Translations under genes and position numbers: made by a program | NCBI GenBank assembly: GCA_002269645.1 | Contig: NIVC01002332.1 | Span: 33,847-97,846, forward strand | From: Macrostomum lignano | Lineage: Eukaryota | Length of the DNA stretch: 64,000 nt | Direction: 5' to 3' | Part shown: positions 27,933 through 42,039 of the stretch, piece after piece | How the letters are laid out: every line of letters starts with the position of its first letter | How positions within the stretch are numbered: the stretch's first letter is position 1 | Notes under the pieces: model-generated | What the model saw: the letters and a program-made list of their open reading frames with translations, nothing else | Told to the model about the DNA's origin: nothing | Database searches by the model: none

Positions 27933-30900
27933 AATTGCTAGCTAGCTATATGAAAAATTAAGCTAAATATGCCATAAGGTATTTATTTTGTGATTGCCTT
28001 ATTTAGTGCCTTTTATATTGCCTTATGCATTCTGTACTTGCCTTATGTAGTCGATAAATATCTATAAACCCCTAGGTCAGGCTATAATAAAACTAAAAGC
28101 TAAGGCCAAAGGGAATAAATAATAATATAATAAAATTTTATTACAATGTCTATTTCCCTAATTACTAGCTTACCAAATAAGTGAAATATGTAGACCTAGC
28201 CTTATTATTGTCTATTTAAACATTTAGAGCTGTGGCCATCTTGGTCATATGCTGGTCCTAGGCCTATTTAAAAAATTGTAGTTCAAGCATTACTTATTAT
28301 TCTTATACAATAGCCCTCCCCCTATGCCTATGCCACTATGGTCCCATCTCATGGCTATCTACACTCTAGATCATGTACTCATAAACATGGCTCATAATAT
28401 ATATGCCTAAAAAATTGGGAGTGCATTAGCCTTGTATACTAAAAGTTAGGGGCTTAGGTGTGCATATTTGGTATACATGGCTCCTAAAAATTAGTATGCA
28501 TTCATACTTGATATGCTTTTTATAAATAATAGAATCACTCCAAAAAAGTTAGTGTTAAAATGTTAAATGGAAAAATATTGAAAAATTCATTTTTAAGTAT
28601 AAATTTTAAGCTTTGTTTTTGGCTTTAAACTAATAATAAAATATTTAAACAAATGTTTAAATAATATACTGAATAAAAAATAGTAGGCAAAAAATATAAA
28701 TAAAATAATCATGCAAATTATCTGCTATAAAGGTCTTATATATGAAACAAAAAGGCCATTTATTGTTTTAATATAATAAAGGTCATTTATTGCAAATTCT
28801 AGCCTAGCTTTTAGATTGCAATTATGCAAGCTAGCAATGTTTCAATCCCTATTGGAATTTTTGCACAAACTGCTCGGACACGCTCCAAGAAGCGACAGCC
28901 TTCAGCTTTAAAGTGCATCAAGGCCAAAAATTTAGCCCTTTAAGTGCGCCAAGCTGCTTCGCATCGTGCTGCATAGATATTTTCTTGTTGCGTTGCACCA
29001 TGCTACGCTGCACTGCGCCGTGTCACGCCACCGCGCTGCACCTCACGCGCAACCTCCCACGCTATGCCGCGCTGTGCTGCAACCTGGCCACAGCTGTGCT
29101 GCGCCAACCTGAAATTTAGAATAAAAAATGCGCTGGACACATGTCCAGGAAAATGTCACTTTTTCCATTAGGGGTTTCAATGAATGAATCATAAGTTGTG
29201 CAATAATAGTGGGGGTACTTTGTGTTGCTAAGCTGTTGCTATGCATGGTTAGTCTAGACCAGTCAAGGCATTCATTAGGCCTAAGTTCTAACAATGATGT
29301 GTGACGCAATATGATATGTGTAAAGATGCGTGGGGCTAAACTTGCAGAAAAAGAACAAAAGAGCACAGCTTCATGCTTCATGCTTTACTTCCCATTGAAT
29401 TTCTCTCTCGAAGCTGAAAATGAAAAAATAATTTAATGAACAATAGGCCTACTTCAATTATGCCTAATGTACCTAGCATGATCTGGACTATGGATAGCCA
29501 TGGCAATAGTAAAAATATTATCTATATTTCATTATATAATTCCTATGTTTCGGAAGGTTACATGTACATTGTAAATTTCTAACATACCAGTTAGAAGCCA
29601 AACAAATACTTGGAGTACTTTACATGTTGAGTAAATGAGTTGAGTTGAGGTTTCAACTACTTGACAGTCAAGAAATTTTAATCAAGTCAAGTCAAGAAGT
29701 TGAATACTTTTAATGGGTCTATATATATAGATAATATGGGATAAATACGCCTATGCCCTTCAATAAGGAAATATTAGTATGGCAATGAAGTTGCAACATG
29801 GCATTTTCCTTTTTAAATTTTGTATTAATTGTATTGATTGCATATGTCTTACAACTTATATTGTCTAATACTAATAATTAAATAATAAATATAACATTAA
29901 TTGAGCTCTATAAAAATCAACTTACATTGCCAGTTCAATGTTACTGCCTGGCAACTGCTATTGCCTTTGGCTTTGTCATAGCCATAAAGCTACTGACTTA
30001 GCCACTGAATTGCACTTGACCATTGTGATCAAGTCTATATCTGCATACTAGATTTTATTAAAGCTCTATCTAATTTAATGAGATAAATAGCTAGTTATTT
30101 TATTAGCTCTTAATTTTGATTAATTTTTCATTTTATCATCTTTTCTATAATTGTTAAAATTAAATCTATTTACTTGTAAAAGTCTACTTGGTAATATCTC
30201 ATAATCTATAATAATTAGGCCTATTGTTTGTTTTCATTTTCAACACAATTTGCAATTTATTCATTTTTTATAAATGGAATACTTTGGTAAGATTTGCTTT
30301 TTTATTGAGCCATGTTTTGTTAATGTACATTTTGTTTAAAAAAATAAAGTACCTATTCCATAATTTTATTTACATTTTTTCAGTAACTACTTAGTGCAAC
30401 AACTGATTTTTACTGGAAAACAAGCCTCGGACACCACTTGGTATATTCATTTTCAATTTGTTGCTATTAATTTGAAAGGTAAGGATATTTAATGCTATAC
30501 TTTCTCTTTTAAGTACACTGCTGAGTAAGAAAATAATATGTAGATTCAGTGTTTAAATCTGGAAGTGAAGCAAAGTTGCTACTTTTTGACAGTAAATATA
30601 AAGGATCTTTTCATTTATTAGCTTAAACAATATATTTTCTATTATTATCTTTATTACTTACTATATTGTAATGCAATGCCGTATTCGAGGTACTTCATTC
30701 AAACTCCAGTTGGGTAAGACACTCTTGGTTCTTCTTCTCTTCTGATGAAAGAGGCTCTTGACTGCTTAATTGAATTTGATTTAATGTTCCTGTCATATTA
30801 ATGGTGTTTTCAGGTATTCTAAGAGTGTCTCAATGGCAAACGAGAAGTGTTCTCAGGAGCTGATGCCAATATCTAAAACACGTAACGATCCTTAGTCACT

Positions 30901-31310
30901 GCTGTACTGTTTCTGTTTTATAAATTACAATTTTCAACTGCATATATAGTAGTACATACATACACACTGGCTGACATGGTGGGGAGACACGAAAAATGAT
31001 TTATTGGCAGAAAGGTGCAGAGAAGTTTTTAGGATATCTTTCTTGGGATTTTGTAGGATTGGGATGCCATCTTGACTCTACTAGCATACATAGTCCTTAT
31101 AGTTCCATATTCACAGTGATTACTCATATTAGTCTGTCTGGCAGTTAACTGGGGAATTAAAACAAACAGTCTGGCAGTCGAAAATGTTTTTTTTATCCAT
31201 CTATTCAAGTATCCTGACGCTTTCATTGCATTTTATTACACAATAATTATTGATTCAAAATGATATAGTTCTACAGGGTATTGCTACCCCCATCTCTCTC
31301 CCTGTCCCCA

Positions 31311-34300
31311 ATGTACATCAGCGTCAGCAGCAGCAGCAGCATGTACCAGATGCCACCCCCCGGCTACCCGGTAGCACCAGCGCAGCCTCAGCCAACCGGA
31401 CCATGCGGCCAGAACCCGTCGCCAACTGGCACAGCTGAGAAACGGGTATTATACGTTGGCAATCTGGCGCCTGATTGTACCGAACAGATTCTCGTGGCCG
31501 TGTTTGCCCAGTTTGGCGAGTGCTTGGCCTGTAAAATTATACGAGGCGGCAATCCGGGCTCGGATAATTATGCATTTATGGAACTGGGCAATCATCAGCA
31601 GGCTCAGGTGAGGCATCCAATTCTTTATGAAACAGTTTCAATTGTCTCTTTAAATCGCTCTTTTATTTATTCTTCAAAACCTTATGTTGGTTTCTTAGAA
31701 AGTTTAAACCTATAAATTTTCCTAGAATTACCTTATAGTCATACTACTGTTTCTTAGAATCACCCTCGTTTAGTCACCCAACTGTTTCTTAGAATCACCC
31801 TCGTTTAGTCACCCAACTGTTTCTTAGAATCACCCTCGTTTAGTCACCTAACTGTTTCTTAGAATCACCCTCGTTTAGTCACCCAACTGTTTCTTAGAAT
31901 CACCCTCGTTTAGTCACCCAACTGTTTCTTAGAATTACCCTCGTTTAGTCACCCAACTGTTTCTTAGAATCACCCTCGTTTAGTTACCCTACTGTTTCTT
32001 AGAATCACCTCATTTAGGCACGCTATTGTTTCTTAGAATCACCCTCGTTTAATCACCCTACTGTTTCTTAGAATCACCCAATTTAGTCACCCAACTGTTT
32101 CTTAGAATTACCCTCGTTTAGTCACCCAACTGTTTCTTAGAATCACCCTCGTTTAGTTACCCTACTGTTTCTTAGAATCACCTAATTTAGTCACCCTACT
32201 GTTTCTTAGAATCACCTCATTTAGGCACGCTATTGTTTCTTAGAATCACCCTCGTTTAATCACCCTACTGTTTCTTAAAATCACCTAACTTAGTCACCCT
32301 ATTGTTTCTTAGAATCACCCTCGTTTGGTCACCCTACTGTTTCTTATATTCGTCTGATTTAGTCACTTTACTGTTTCTTAGAATCACCTAATTTAGTCAC
32401 CCTATTGTTTCTTAGAATCACCTCATTTAGGCACGCTATTGTTTCTTAGAATCACCCTCATTTAGGCACGCTATTGTTTCTCAGAATCACCCTCGTTTAG
32501 TCACCCTACTGTTTCTTAGAATCACCCAACTTAGTCACCCTATTGTTTCTCAGAATCACCCTCGTTTGGTCACCCTACTGTTTCTTAAAATCACCTCATT
32601 TAGACACGCTATTGTTTCTTAGAATTACACTCATTTAGTCACCAAACTGTTTCTTAGAATCACCTTGTTTAGTCACCATAGTTTTTCTTAGAATCGCTGA
32701 ATAACATTGCTAGAAGAATAGCTTAAAATAGAAATGTCCTACCGATTCCTTAGAATGGTGAATATTTAATCAAAATTTCTTTCGAATTCTTTCTCAGATC
32801 GCCCTGACAGCCATGAACCGGATCAGTCTGATGGGCCGCGAGCTTCGCGTTAACTGGGCCACAGCCCCGGGTGCCAAGCCCGACCCATCTAAAGGTCATC
32901 ACGTATTTGTTGGCGACCTGGTACCGGACATTGAAGAAAGCGAAATAATGGACGTATTCGTGCCCTACGGTCCTATATTGGAGTGCAAGATTATTCGGCA
33001 TCAGGATGGCGGATTTAAGACTTACGCATTTTTAACTTACGAAAATGAGACTGATGCGACTTCGGCTATATCGGCTGAGAATGGCAATCTGTTGCGATTC
33101 AAGCCGATGCGAGTGTCCTGGGTGAGTAATTGAAGACTGGCAAACGTTTTCAAGTTTGTCAATTCTATTGTGGAAAAAGTTATTTATGAAGCCTATTTTA
33201 TTTGACTTTTAGAACATTTTTAACAATTACGAACTTTTAGGAATTCTGAACTTTTAGTAATTATAATCTTTAAGCAATTATGAACTTTTAGGAAATGTCA
33301 ATTTTTAGGATTTATGAACTTTAACGAATGTAAACTTTTAGGAATGTGAACTTTTAAGAATTCTAAACTTTTAGGATGTGATCTTTTAGGAATTGTAAAC
33401 TTAAAAAATGTGAACTTCTAAGAATTGTGAACTTTAGGGACTGTGAACTTTTGAGAATCATGAACTTTAAGGAATGTAAACTTTTTGGATGTGAACTTTT
33501 ACGAATGTAAACTTTGAGAAACCGTGGATTGTTCGGAATGTATACTTTTAAAAATCCTAGGACTTTTAGAAGTACGAACAGTATGAACTCGTGTAACTTT
33601 TTGAATGACAAAATCTCATCAAAGGATTAGGTGCATGCACAAAAAATTGTAATAAGAATGCACATAATTTTTTATTTTAATCATTTTCATAATAGGCCAG
33701 CCGTCGCAACAATCCCGGCGGTTTTGCCGGCGGCTTTGGCGGCTCGGGCGGCAGCAACGGCGGTCAAGGCGACGGCGGCGTCAGGCGACGCCCGATGAAG
33801 CGCAACTACGACGACGTCTATAACGAGACCACCCTGTACAACACCTCCGTTTACTTCGGCGGCATTCAGCGCGGCCTGACTGAAGCTTTAGTCAGGGAAA
33901 ATTTCAGCCAATTCGGCACTATTCACGATGTTAAAGTGCACGAGGATAAAGGCTTCGCGTTTATCCGGTTCGACAGTCACGACGCGGCTACCCAGGCTAT
34001 TGTTGCTATGCACGGAGCTACTATTGAGGGCTTCACTGCCAAGCTTGGCTGGGGCAAGGAGGGCGCCAATTCTGGCGCCGCCGCCGGCGCTACCGGCGCC
34101 CAGACAGGTGTGGGGCCGAGCGCGGCCAAGAACGCCAGGATGGACAGTCAAGCTGCTGCCGGATTCCCGGCCGCGCCGCAGCTGCCGGCTTATAACGATC
34201 CGGCCTATCAGAAGTACTACGCCGAATATATGGAGTGGTATAATAAATATAGCGGCGCTTACTTTGCCCAGCAGCAGCAGATGCCGCAGCAGCCGCAGGC

Positions 34301-34379
34301 GCCGCCACAGCGGCCGGCGCATCCGCCGCCGATGCCGCCAACGGCTGGTGGCGATGCTAAAAAGGAGAAAGCGAAGTGA
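31311..34379 (+). CDS. TIA1: TIA1/TIAR-family RNA-binding protein with 3 RRMs and a Q/P-rich tail
   Basis: Exons 31311-31607, 32798-33121 and 33696-34379. Motifs LYVGNL, RELRVNWA, HHVFVGDL, VYFGGI and KGFAFIRFDSHDAATQAIV. TIA1 versus TIAL1 is not resolvable, and the start could be 31341. Confidence 0.9.
31745..32690. repeat. 35-bp minisatellite TGTTTCTTAGAATCACCCTCGTTTAGTCACCCAAC in TIA1 intron 1
   Basis: About 27 tandem copies. Confidence 0.95.
33205..33600. repeat. Degenerate GAACTTTTAGGAAT repeat in TIA1 intron 2
   Basis: (G/A)AACTTTTAG recurs about every 19-20 nt. Confidence 0.75.
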
Positions 34380-35039
34380 TTTATTTGGTTGAAAAACAAG
34401 CAAACTGAAAGCAATGTCTGGAAGTTATTTGAAAAATATAACTTTAAAATATTCATTTATGTTACTCAAGTTCAAACTGTTTAAAATTAGGGAAATTTTA
34501 TTAAAGAATTTATAGTCTATCTGATCTCGGATCCTCGAGTGTGACAATGTAATAATTCTACTAAGGGAATGGTTGTTGTTGTTTTATCCTTTATATGGTT
34601 TGTCCTGTCTCAGTCCCTGTAATTATTTTAATTATTCCTGCTTAAATAAAGTGTGTTGTATTGAATAATAAAAGAAACAAATCTTGCAATTTGGGAAGCC
34701 AATCGAGTTGTTTGCTCTCGGAGTCGAATGAACAGCCGGTTGACTTTTTGTAACCTACGAGTATATATTTAAGTTATTGCTTGTTGCTTTGGTTTTGCTT
34801 ATTTAAAACAAAAAAAGATTTTTATGTATTTTGTCTTACACATGTTTACTATAGACATTTCCTTAGTAGCCGGAATTCAAGTAATAAAAATAAAAATTAA
34901 GGACAGTGAATAACTACCTTGCAGACTGGGGTACCAGTCCATATGTAATGTCACTCAAGACTGAGTGACAATTAACGCAATACCGCACAAACGTTTTTCT
35001 GAGAGTCTCCGTTAAAAACAGAAGTGCATTGTACCACAA

Positions 35040-35360
35040 AAAAGCGCATGCAAAGCAAGATCCAAGACGCGTGACCCAAGTGTTAGCGATCCATGGGCTC
35101 GATTTCAAGTGCATCACATTTATTTTGGGGCTAAATTGGAATCTCGACTTGGCTGTGATGCTCGTGCAATTATATAATTCGCCCAGCTTGAGGGCCAACC
35201 CCCCAAGGCATAGTGAAGTGTACATGCCTAACGATAAATAAAGTTGGGGGCCGCTGTCCACTCTGGTGAGTGTTTGCCTGCGTTCGTATCCGCGCGCTTG
35301 TGTGCCTCCGCTCAGGGGAGTCGCGGAATGAGAGTGATGTCTCGCGCCGGTTCTGTCGCT
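35040..35360 (+). mobile_element. Interspersed repeat family 2 (probable SINE)
   Basis: The reverse complement aligns closely to 56870-57105. B-box-like GGGCTCGATTTC near 35097. Confidence 0.65.
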
Positions 35361-35867
35361 TGTGCGCCAGCAGGGTGCACACAGCCCCTGTCTAAGAAAT
35401 CTACATGTAAAAAAACCAATCACACGACACCTTCGTCTCGAATTTTTGTGCTCGATCTCTTAATTCCCAGACCCAAGTGCATGTGCTTCTGGAATGCATT
35501 CAGCAGAACATCAGGGAGTTGGACTGCTTAGAGAAGCTGCAGTGAACGAATTCGCATATTAATTGTGGTTTTTTGTGGCATATTGTGGTTGATTATGCGC
35601 ATAAAATACAAATTAAATAGAAGAAAAAAACTATGCTACACGTACTGAGCTTGTAAGAAAATGAAGTGCTGAAGTGCTTTACTACGCGTACATCTTAAGT
35701 ATACGAATTATATATCAATTACACACTACTGCATGTACATAAAACTGCGATCAACTGAAAAAGCTTTGCTATCTGGGGGATTCAATTGCTACTATCTAAG
35801 GGGGGGGGGTGACGCCACGCCAGTGCCGCAACTTGGGAGCAGCAGCCGAATGCTTCTTGCTATTGTA

Positions 35868-35975
35868 TTTGGGGGTGCTTGCTATTGTATTTGGGGGTGC
35901 TTGCTAATTGTATTTGGGGGTGCTTGCTATTGTATTTGGGGGTGCTTGCTAATTGTATTTGGGGGTGCTTGCTAA
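35868..35975. repeat. 23-bp short tandem repeat GCTAATTGTATTTGGGGGTGCTT
   Basis: About 5 copies. Confidence 0.85.
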
Positions 35976-36954
35976 CTGGGGGATGCAGCTGCTGTCTTGG
36001 GATGTTTTCTTTAGAGGGAATGTCCGTTGTCTTTGTGAAGGCTTTATTTCGCTGTCTGTTTGTTACTTGTAGAGAACAGAGATTCTATCTAGATGTCCCT
36101 CATCGGGGGTGAAGATTGGTAGTTAAACGTTAAAACTCAAAAGTACATGCAGCAGACTAATTCGCTGTCAATCAATTTATGTGCATGCATGAAAGATCAG
36201 AAGTAAAATGCTAGCTATTGTCCCTTTACTGAAGAGTTCCCTGCTAAGGCCAATTTATTGTCAGTCTTTATATTTTTAATGTATGGTTTTACAAAAACAA
36301 GGCGCATAGTAGTGCAAATACGCTCGTATTTTCCGAAAGCAACGCAATATAACCGTAAAAGGCTGCTAGAAAAATAACAAATTTTCAACTTCATATGTTT
36401 TAAAGTTAAATGAGTATAAGTAATAGATAGGAAAAACATCTAGTATTGTTATTGAAAAAGTTTGTAGCTTGTTAAGCTAGCAATATTACGTTACAAAACG
36501 TATAATGAGTCATCACAATTTTTATCGCGCGTGGGTGGCGGTTTTTTAATTTTGACATTTCGAGATTTTTTGTATTTTGACTATAATTTTTGACGCAGCT
36601 ATGGACTTTCATTGTAATAATTAACTTTGTCTGAGATCTCTCCTAGTACTATTTTATAAGGCTGGTATTGTCTCAATAACAAGGTGTTGGTAATATTAAA
36701 AATCTAACTATAACATTTAAAAGTAAAGAAAACTCAAAACAATTAATGTTATGGAGCTTACTTGTGGTACACCCAACCTAACCTAACCTTTTTCTGCAGA
36801 ATGAGACTATTATTTATTTTTTGTCCCAATAAGAATACTCCAATAAGAAAAGTATGATTTTCAATCTTAGCTAGATTGGTAATGATTTAGTTGCAAAATG
36901 ACCAAAGTCCATACCATAAGTGGCATAGACCATGTGTAATTGAACTTTTGAGAT

Positions 36955-38376
36955 TAGGGGGCGACCGGGACGGCCAAAGTCGGGCCCGGGTCGGGCCCGG
37001 GAATGAGGACTCGGGCCCGGGTCGGGCCTCGGGAATTCGGGACAAGATCTTTAGGACAGCTCAATAATTGGAAAAAAATCATAATAAATCTTAATACTTT
37101 TAGCATATGCGGATTACTATTAAGTATATAATAAATATATGAATTTTTAAATTTAATATAATATATTAAATGTATAATAAATATATGATAAACATCAAAT
37201 ATATTATAATATATAAATACATTAAATATATAATAATATATAAATATAATAAATATTATTATTATTTAATACATTAGTTACGACTTCAGAATAGATAAGA
37301 GTTACATTAAAAGACTTAATACTCAAATATCAATATACTCAATAGTTCAAATTCAATGTCCCTGTGTGGCACAAGTACTGTGTGTGTGCCAGTGACAATG
37401 ACACTAACAGGCAGTGAGGTAGGCAAGCAGGCACTGCGGCAGTGCGGCTGGCACTGGCAGTGGCAGTAATCAAAAAGAAGAAAAGCTGAAGCATTAAGTG
37501 TAAGGCACTTGGCATTGGAAGCAGTAAGGAAGTAAGAACCAAATCAATTGATTGATTCTTTTATTTGAATTTTTAGTTCCTTTACATAGCTTCAATGTAA
37601 AGAGCCATGTACACAGTCAGTATTCAGTAAGACAACAAGACAAGACAACAGAGCAGAACACAAATGAAGTGACAACACAACACAACACTCAACTGTCTCA
37701 ACAGAACAGGCAAACAGACAATGGAAATACAAGTAATTAGCTGATACCTGCCTACCTGCTCACCTACCCACCTAAACGAATATGATTACGAATACGATAC
37801 TATGAGTCTACGACTACGACTACCTACGAATACGATACAAATATGAACACGATTACAAACTCTGATACTGATAGATAGCAAACTTCTTGGAAAAATGGTT
37901 GCCTTGGCCCTTAATAGGTACTTCTTGGAATGTAAATAGGAAATGTTATTTACAAAAGCTTAAAAATGACAAATCAACTTTTTAAAGAATCATATTTTTG
38001 CTTTTAGGCTGCAGCCTGCAGCGTGTAAAGTGGAATCAATATTGCAAAAAAGTATTGCAAAACTGTTTTAATTTTATCTTCCTGGAAAAAAATCCGATCT
38101 TCCTGGAAAGTGGAAACTGCTGTGGCTGACACTCACGGTCACAGACAGTTGCAGTTGCAGTTGCATTTTCCTGGGGCTGGAATTAAACGTAAATTAGTGT
38201 GAATATGTTAAAAAATAATTTTATTCTTATTCGCACGCGGTTAGTGCCTTTAGGGAAAAAAGACTTGTCCCGATTTCCCGACTTTTTTAGGGTCGGGCCC
38301 GGGCCCGGGTCGGGCCACGATTTCGGTCGGGATTCCCGACTTTTCGGGCCCGGGCCCGGGACTGGGTCGCCCCCTA
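36955..38376. mobile_element. Non-autonomous hAT-like element (1.4 kb)
   Basis: Termini TAGGGGGCGACC and GGTCGCCCCCTA, with subterminal TCGGG/CCCGA repeats at both ends. Flanks TTTGAGAT and CTTTTGAT are at best a degenerate 8-bp TSD. Confidence 0.75.
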
Positions 38377-39107
38377 CTTTTGATGCATCATTCTGGTTTT
38401 TATAGAGTTATATTAATTTTTGATATATTTTTACCTTCTAGTAGTATATTTAGGTAAAAATTTCTTGACTGGCTAGTTACTTAAAGTTAAAAAATTTTTG
38501 TTAAATTGGTGCTTTTATTTTAATTGATGGATACATAATTCTTTATCTGGTTGATGTTTTTGATAACTTTGATGATAATAACTTTTTTAAAATTATAATA
38601 TTTCAAAAGTTATAATTATGGATAAAATAAAATCTATGTAATAAAAATATATCTAGAATTAGAAAAAATATACAATAGTTCTAATATTTGTCTGGTTCAA
38701 TATTTGTTAAAGCACTTCAAATCGCCAAAGTGAACTTTTAATATTTCTATATATGGAATATATTACAAAAATTGCTAAGAATAATATTACACAGAATTAT
38801 TTTATTTGAGAATTTTTAAGCATTTTCTACCTTTTGGCTTTGATACTTAAATGTTAGCTCTTTAGCCTTCTTGGCTTTAATTATTCTATTTAATACAGTT
38901 CTGAAACCAGATTTGTATATAATTATTAGTTCAATTTATAATTGTTTGCAATTTAAACCTTGTATTTTTATAATCTTACTGTTTTTTAACTTACTACTAA
39001 CTTTCAAAACATTCCAGAGCTTGTAATCAAGTTTCCAAGTCTGGCAGGCTAAGCTTTAGTCGTTTTGTTGACTAAGGGGATTAATTTAGGCTGGCTAGCC
39101 AATCACA

Positions 39108-41129
39108 ATGGAGCCAAGCCAGCAGGAGGACAGTCGACTTGTCCAAAAACTGATTCGTTACTTTATATTTCGGGCTATCCAAGTTATTCTGCAGAGCCGA
39201 TCCAGCAAAGTGTTCCGCTGTAGTTGCAAAGTCTACAGTCCGCAGGTGTCGCTAGGCCTGTCTCTAGAGGACGATCCAAGCATTGCCGTGTCAATCAAAA
39301 GTCAATTTAGCAGTAATTTTGAGCTGCGCAACAATGACAGCCACTCGGTAGAGATTTACTTATGCTCCGAGAGAAGTCCAGCTCGCGTGTTTCTTGAGGT
39401 TGGCTGCTAGGGAACTGTATGAACTGAATGCGCTCGGTTGCTAGGGAACTGTATGCTGTATTGGGCTCGGCTGCTAGGGAACTGAATGCTGTATTGGGCT
39501 CGGTTGCTAGGGAACTGAATGCGGTATTGAGCTCGGTTGCTAAGGAACTGAATGCGGTATTGAGCTCGGTTGCTAGGGAACTGAATGCGGTATTGAGCTC
39601 GGTTGCTAGGGAACTGTATGAACTGAATGCGGTATTGAGCTCGGTTGCTAGGGAACTGTATGAACTGAATGCGGTATTGGGCTCGGTTGCTAGGGAACTG
39701 TATGAACTGAATGCTGTATTGGGCTCGGCTGCTAGGGAACTGTATGAACTGAATGCTGTATTTGGCTCGGCTTCTAGGGAACTGAATGCTGTATTTGGCT
39801 CGGCTGCTAGGGAACTGAATGCGGTATTGGGCTCGGCTGCTAGGGAACTGAATGCGGTATTGGGCTCGGTTGCTAGGGAACTGAATGCGGTATTGAGCTC
39901 GGTTGCTAGGGAACTTTATGCTGTATTGGGCACAGTTGCTAAGGAACTGAATGCGGTATTGGGCTCGGTTGCTAGGGAACTGAATGCGGTATTAGGCTCG
40001 GCTGCTAGTGCTAGGGAACTGAATGCGGTATTGGGCTCGGCTGCTAGTGCTAGGGAACTGAATGCGCTAGGAAAAAATATAGAAATAGTGCTTCAACCGA
40101 TGTTCCCACCAGGCTAAAATCAAAGCACCAGTTTATGTATCTTCCAAAAATTTTTGACTGCAGGTGTGGACGTTTCACTTCTCAGATGAAGAGGCCGATC
40201 CTGCTATCAAGCGAATGAAAACTTTCGATCGATTAGTGGTGTCACTCAAAGCTCTGTGGTCGGTGAGTCGCGTTCTACCAGCTTATCGAATTGCCCGACG
40301 TCAACAGATCAGTGACCGATGCCTGCTGTGCTTCAACATTCGTCGTGGCAGCTCGACGGCCGGCGACAGCGGCCCGCAGTCGGCCGCCGCGGCGGCTCTC
40401 GGCTCCGATTCGCGAGAACGTCGAGTAGTTTCGATTCGAACTGCGGCCGGTCAACTGACACTTACCTGTTGCTATCGAGCTGGCGAGAATCTCGATCCGA
40501 AACAGCTCGAAGCGGCGCTAGCGCCCATAGAGGATTGCTACGATGAGGACAGTAAAAACTCGATGACAACGGCAGCTCCACCGACACCGCCGCCAAGGCT
40601 GTCGTCGCGTCGCTGCCTGTCGACCACGAATGAGCCGAGCGCCGCTGAAGAAGACGAAGAAGACGACTTAGAAGAAGAAGACGATTCCGAAGATCTAGAA
40701 GAAGAGGAGGAGGAGGTGGAGGAAGAAGAAGAAAATAACAAAGAAACAAGCAATCACGCTACTCATAGTAGCAGTAACAGTAGTGCCGAACAAGAATTGG
40801 CATTTCAATCGCAGCAGCAACAGCAGCAGTTGTCTATGACTGACAGCCAGTTGGCTGCCTGCTTCGCCAATGCCGACGCTGACGCGGCAGATGCCGTATC
40901 AGAAGCTGACGCAGAGGCGCGTCGAGCGAAACTAGTGCAACGCTTGAAGTCGTTGAATTTACGGTTAAGCATGTTCGCCGGCTGCGGCCCGTTGGCTAAT
41001 AGAATCGGGGCCATACCGCAGCAGTTGGACTTTTTTGAACGCGATCTAGCGGACTTCGACTTGCTATTGAATGACATCCTGGCTAAAGAGGATGCAGATT
41101 GCAATTCGGGCATCAATCAGTCATTGTAA
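39108..41129 (+). CDS. ATG13: Autophagy-related protein 13, 2 exons, 418 aa
   Basis: Exons 39108-39398 and 40164-41129. HORMA-domain motifs KLIRYFIFRAIQVILQSR, LEVW and RLVVSLKALWSVSRVLPAYRIAR, then an acidic disordered region and C-terminal DLADFD. Confidence 0.9.
39402..40070. repeat. 33-bp minisatellite (with 42-bp variants) filling the ATG13 intron
   Basis: Unit GCTCGGTTGCTAGGGAACTGAATGCGGTATTGG; it begins at the donor site. Confidence 0.95.
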
Positions 41130-42039
41130 CTTCGTAAACTTTTATCAATCTTGCCCCGACTTCATCAATTTATCATTGTCATTTGTAACCTGCAGACTCA
41201 ATCTAATTTGACGTCTAATTTAAACAATGTCATAAGTAATTTAAGCTGCTTTATTACATGTAGTTCATTAAGCGGTTGGTGATCAGGTATCATGAATGGC
41301 GCCAGATTAAAGAATCCAGCTCATGGCTGTGGGTCTGATGAGAGTGGAAAAGGAAAGGGAATAGAAGATGAGAGACCAGAAATGGGATGAGAGAAGAGAT
41401 TAGAAATAATATTAGAGGAGAAAAGGGAGGAGAGAGGCCGTATAGAGAGGCTTCACGGTCCAGAGTTTGCCCACCCCTTTCTACTCGTAGGTTTACTTGC
41501 TTCTAATATGCATATCATTTGCGCATTGCTATCCAGATAAAAAAACTGGGTAAAATATTTCGGGTCTTAACAGAGAAACCAGTTGATGGTTGATTGAAGT
41601 AACATTTAAGCGCAAACAACTGGTTTATCGGCGTTAACTTATGATAGTACATTTAACAGATGTAATAAGCCGATAGGAATGTAAGCAGCCCAGTCAAACC
41701 GAAAACCTACTGAAAATGCATCATTTTTTCCGTGCTGCACAAATATAGCCAAAAAACTCCGAACAGACGCTCAGTGGAAAGTAGGTTAATCTTATTGATC
41801 TTAACAATGTTTCTATTGTTTTTGTTTTGGCTGTGCTTGCTTGGCTATTTAATTAATAATATAATAAACCTATAGTAATAGCAATAATATTAATATATTA
41901 TATTATATAATCATACTCTTACTGCCAAATTAGCTTATATCATGTTTATGGTCTTTTTAGTGTGTTGTTTTTAAGCTGTAGAATTATACGGGTTTTTTAA
42001 AAGAATAATGTAATAATATTAATTAATGGCCAGATTTGC

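Noticed and set aside
29043-29381. DIRS-type reverse transcriptase (SLAPRIFT)
   Set aside because: Only a short motif resemblance; no YxDD or other RT motifs nearby.
30742-30770. Hammerhead ribozyme at CTGATGA (also 41336)
   Set aside because: Stem II is not followed by the required GAAA, or does not pair.
39428-40117. 229-aa 11-mer amphipathic repeat ORF in ATG13
   Set aside because: It lies wholly in the intron satellite, is out of frame with both exons, and intron retention meets TAG at 39408-39410.
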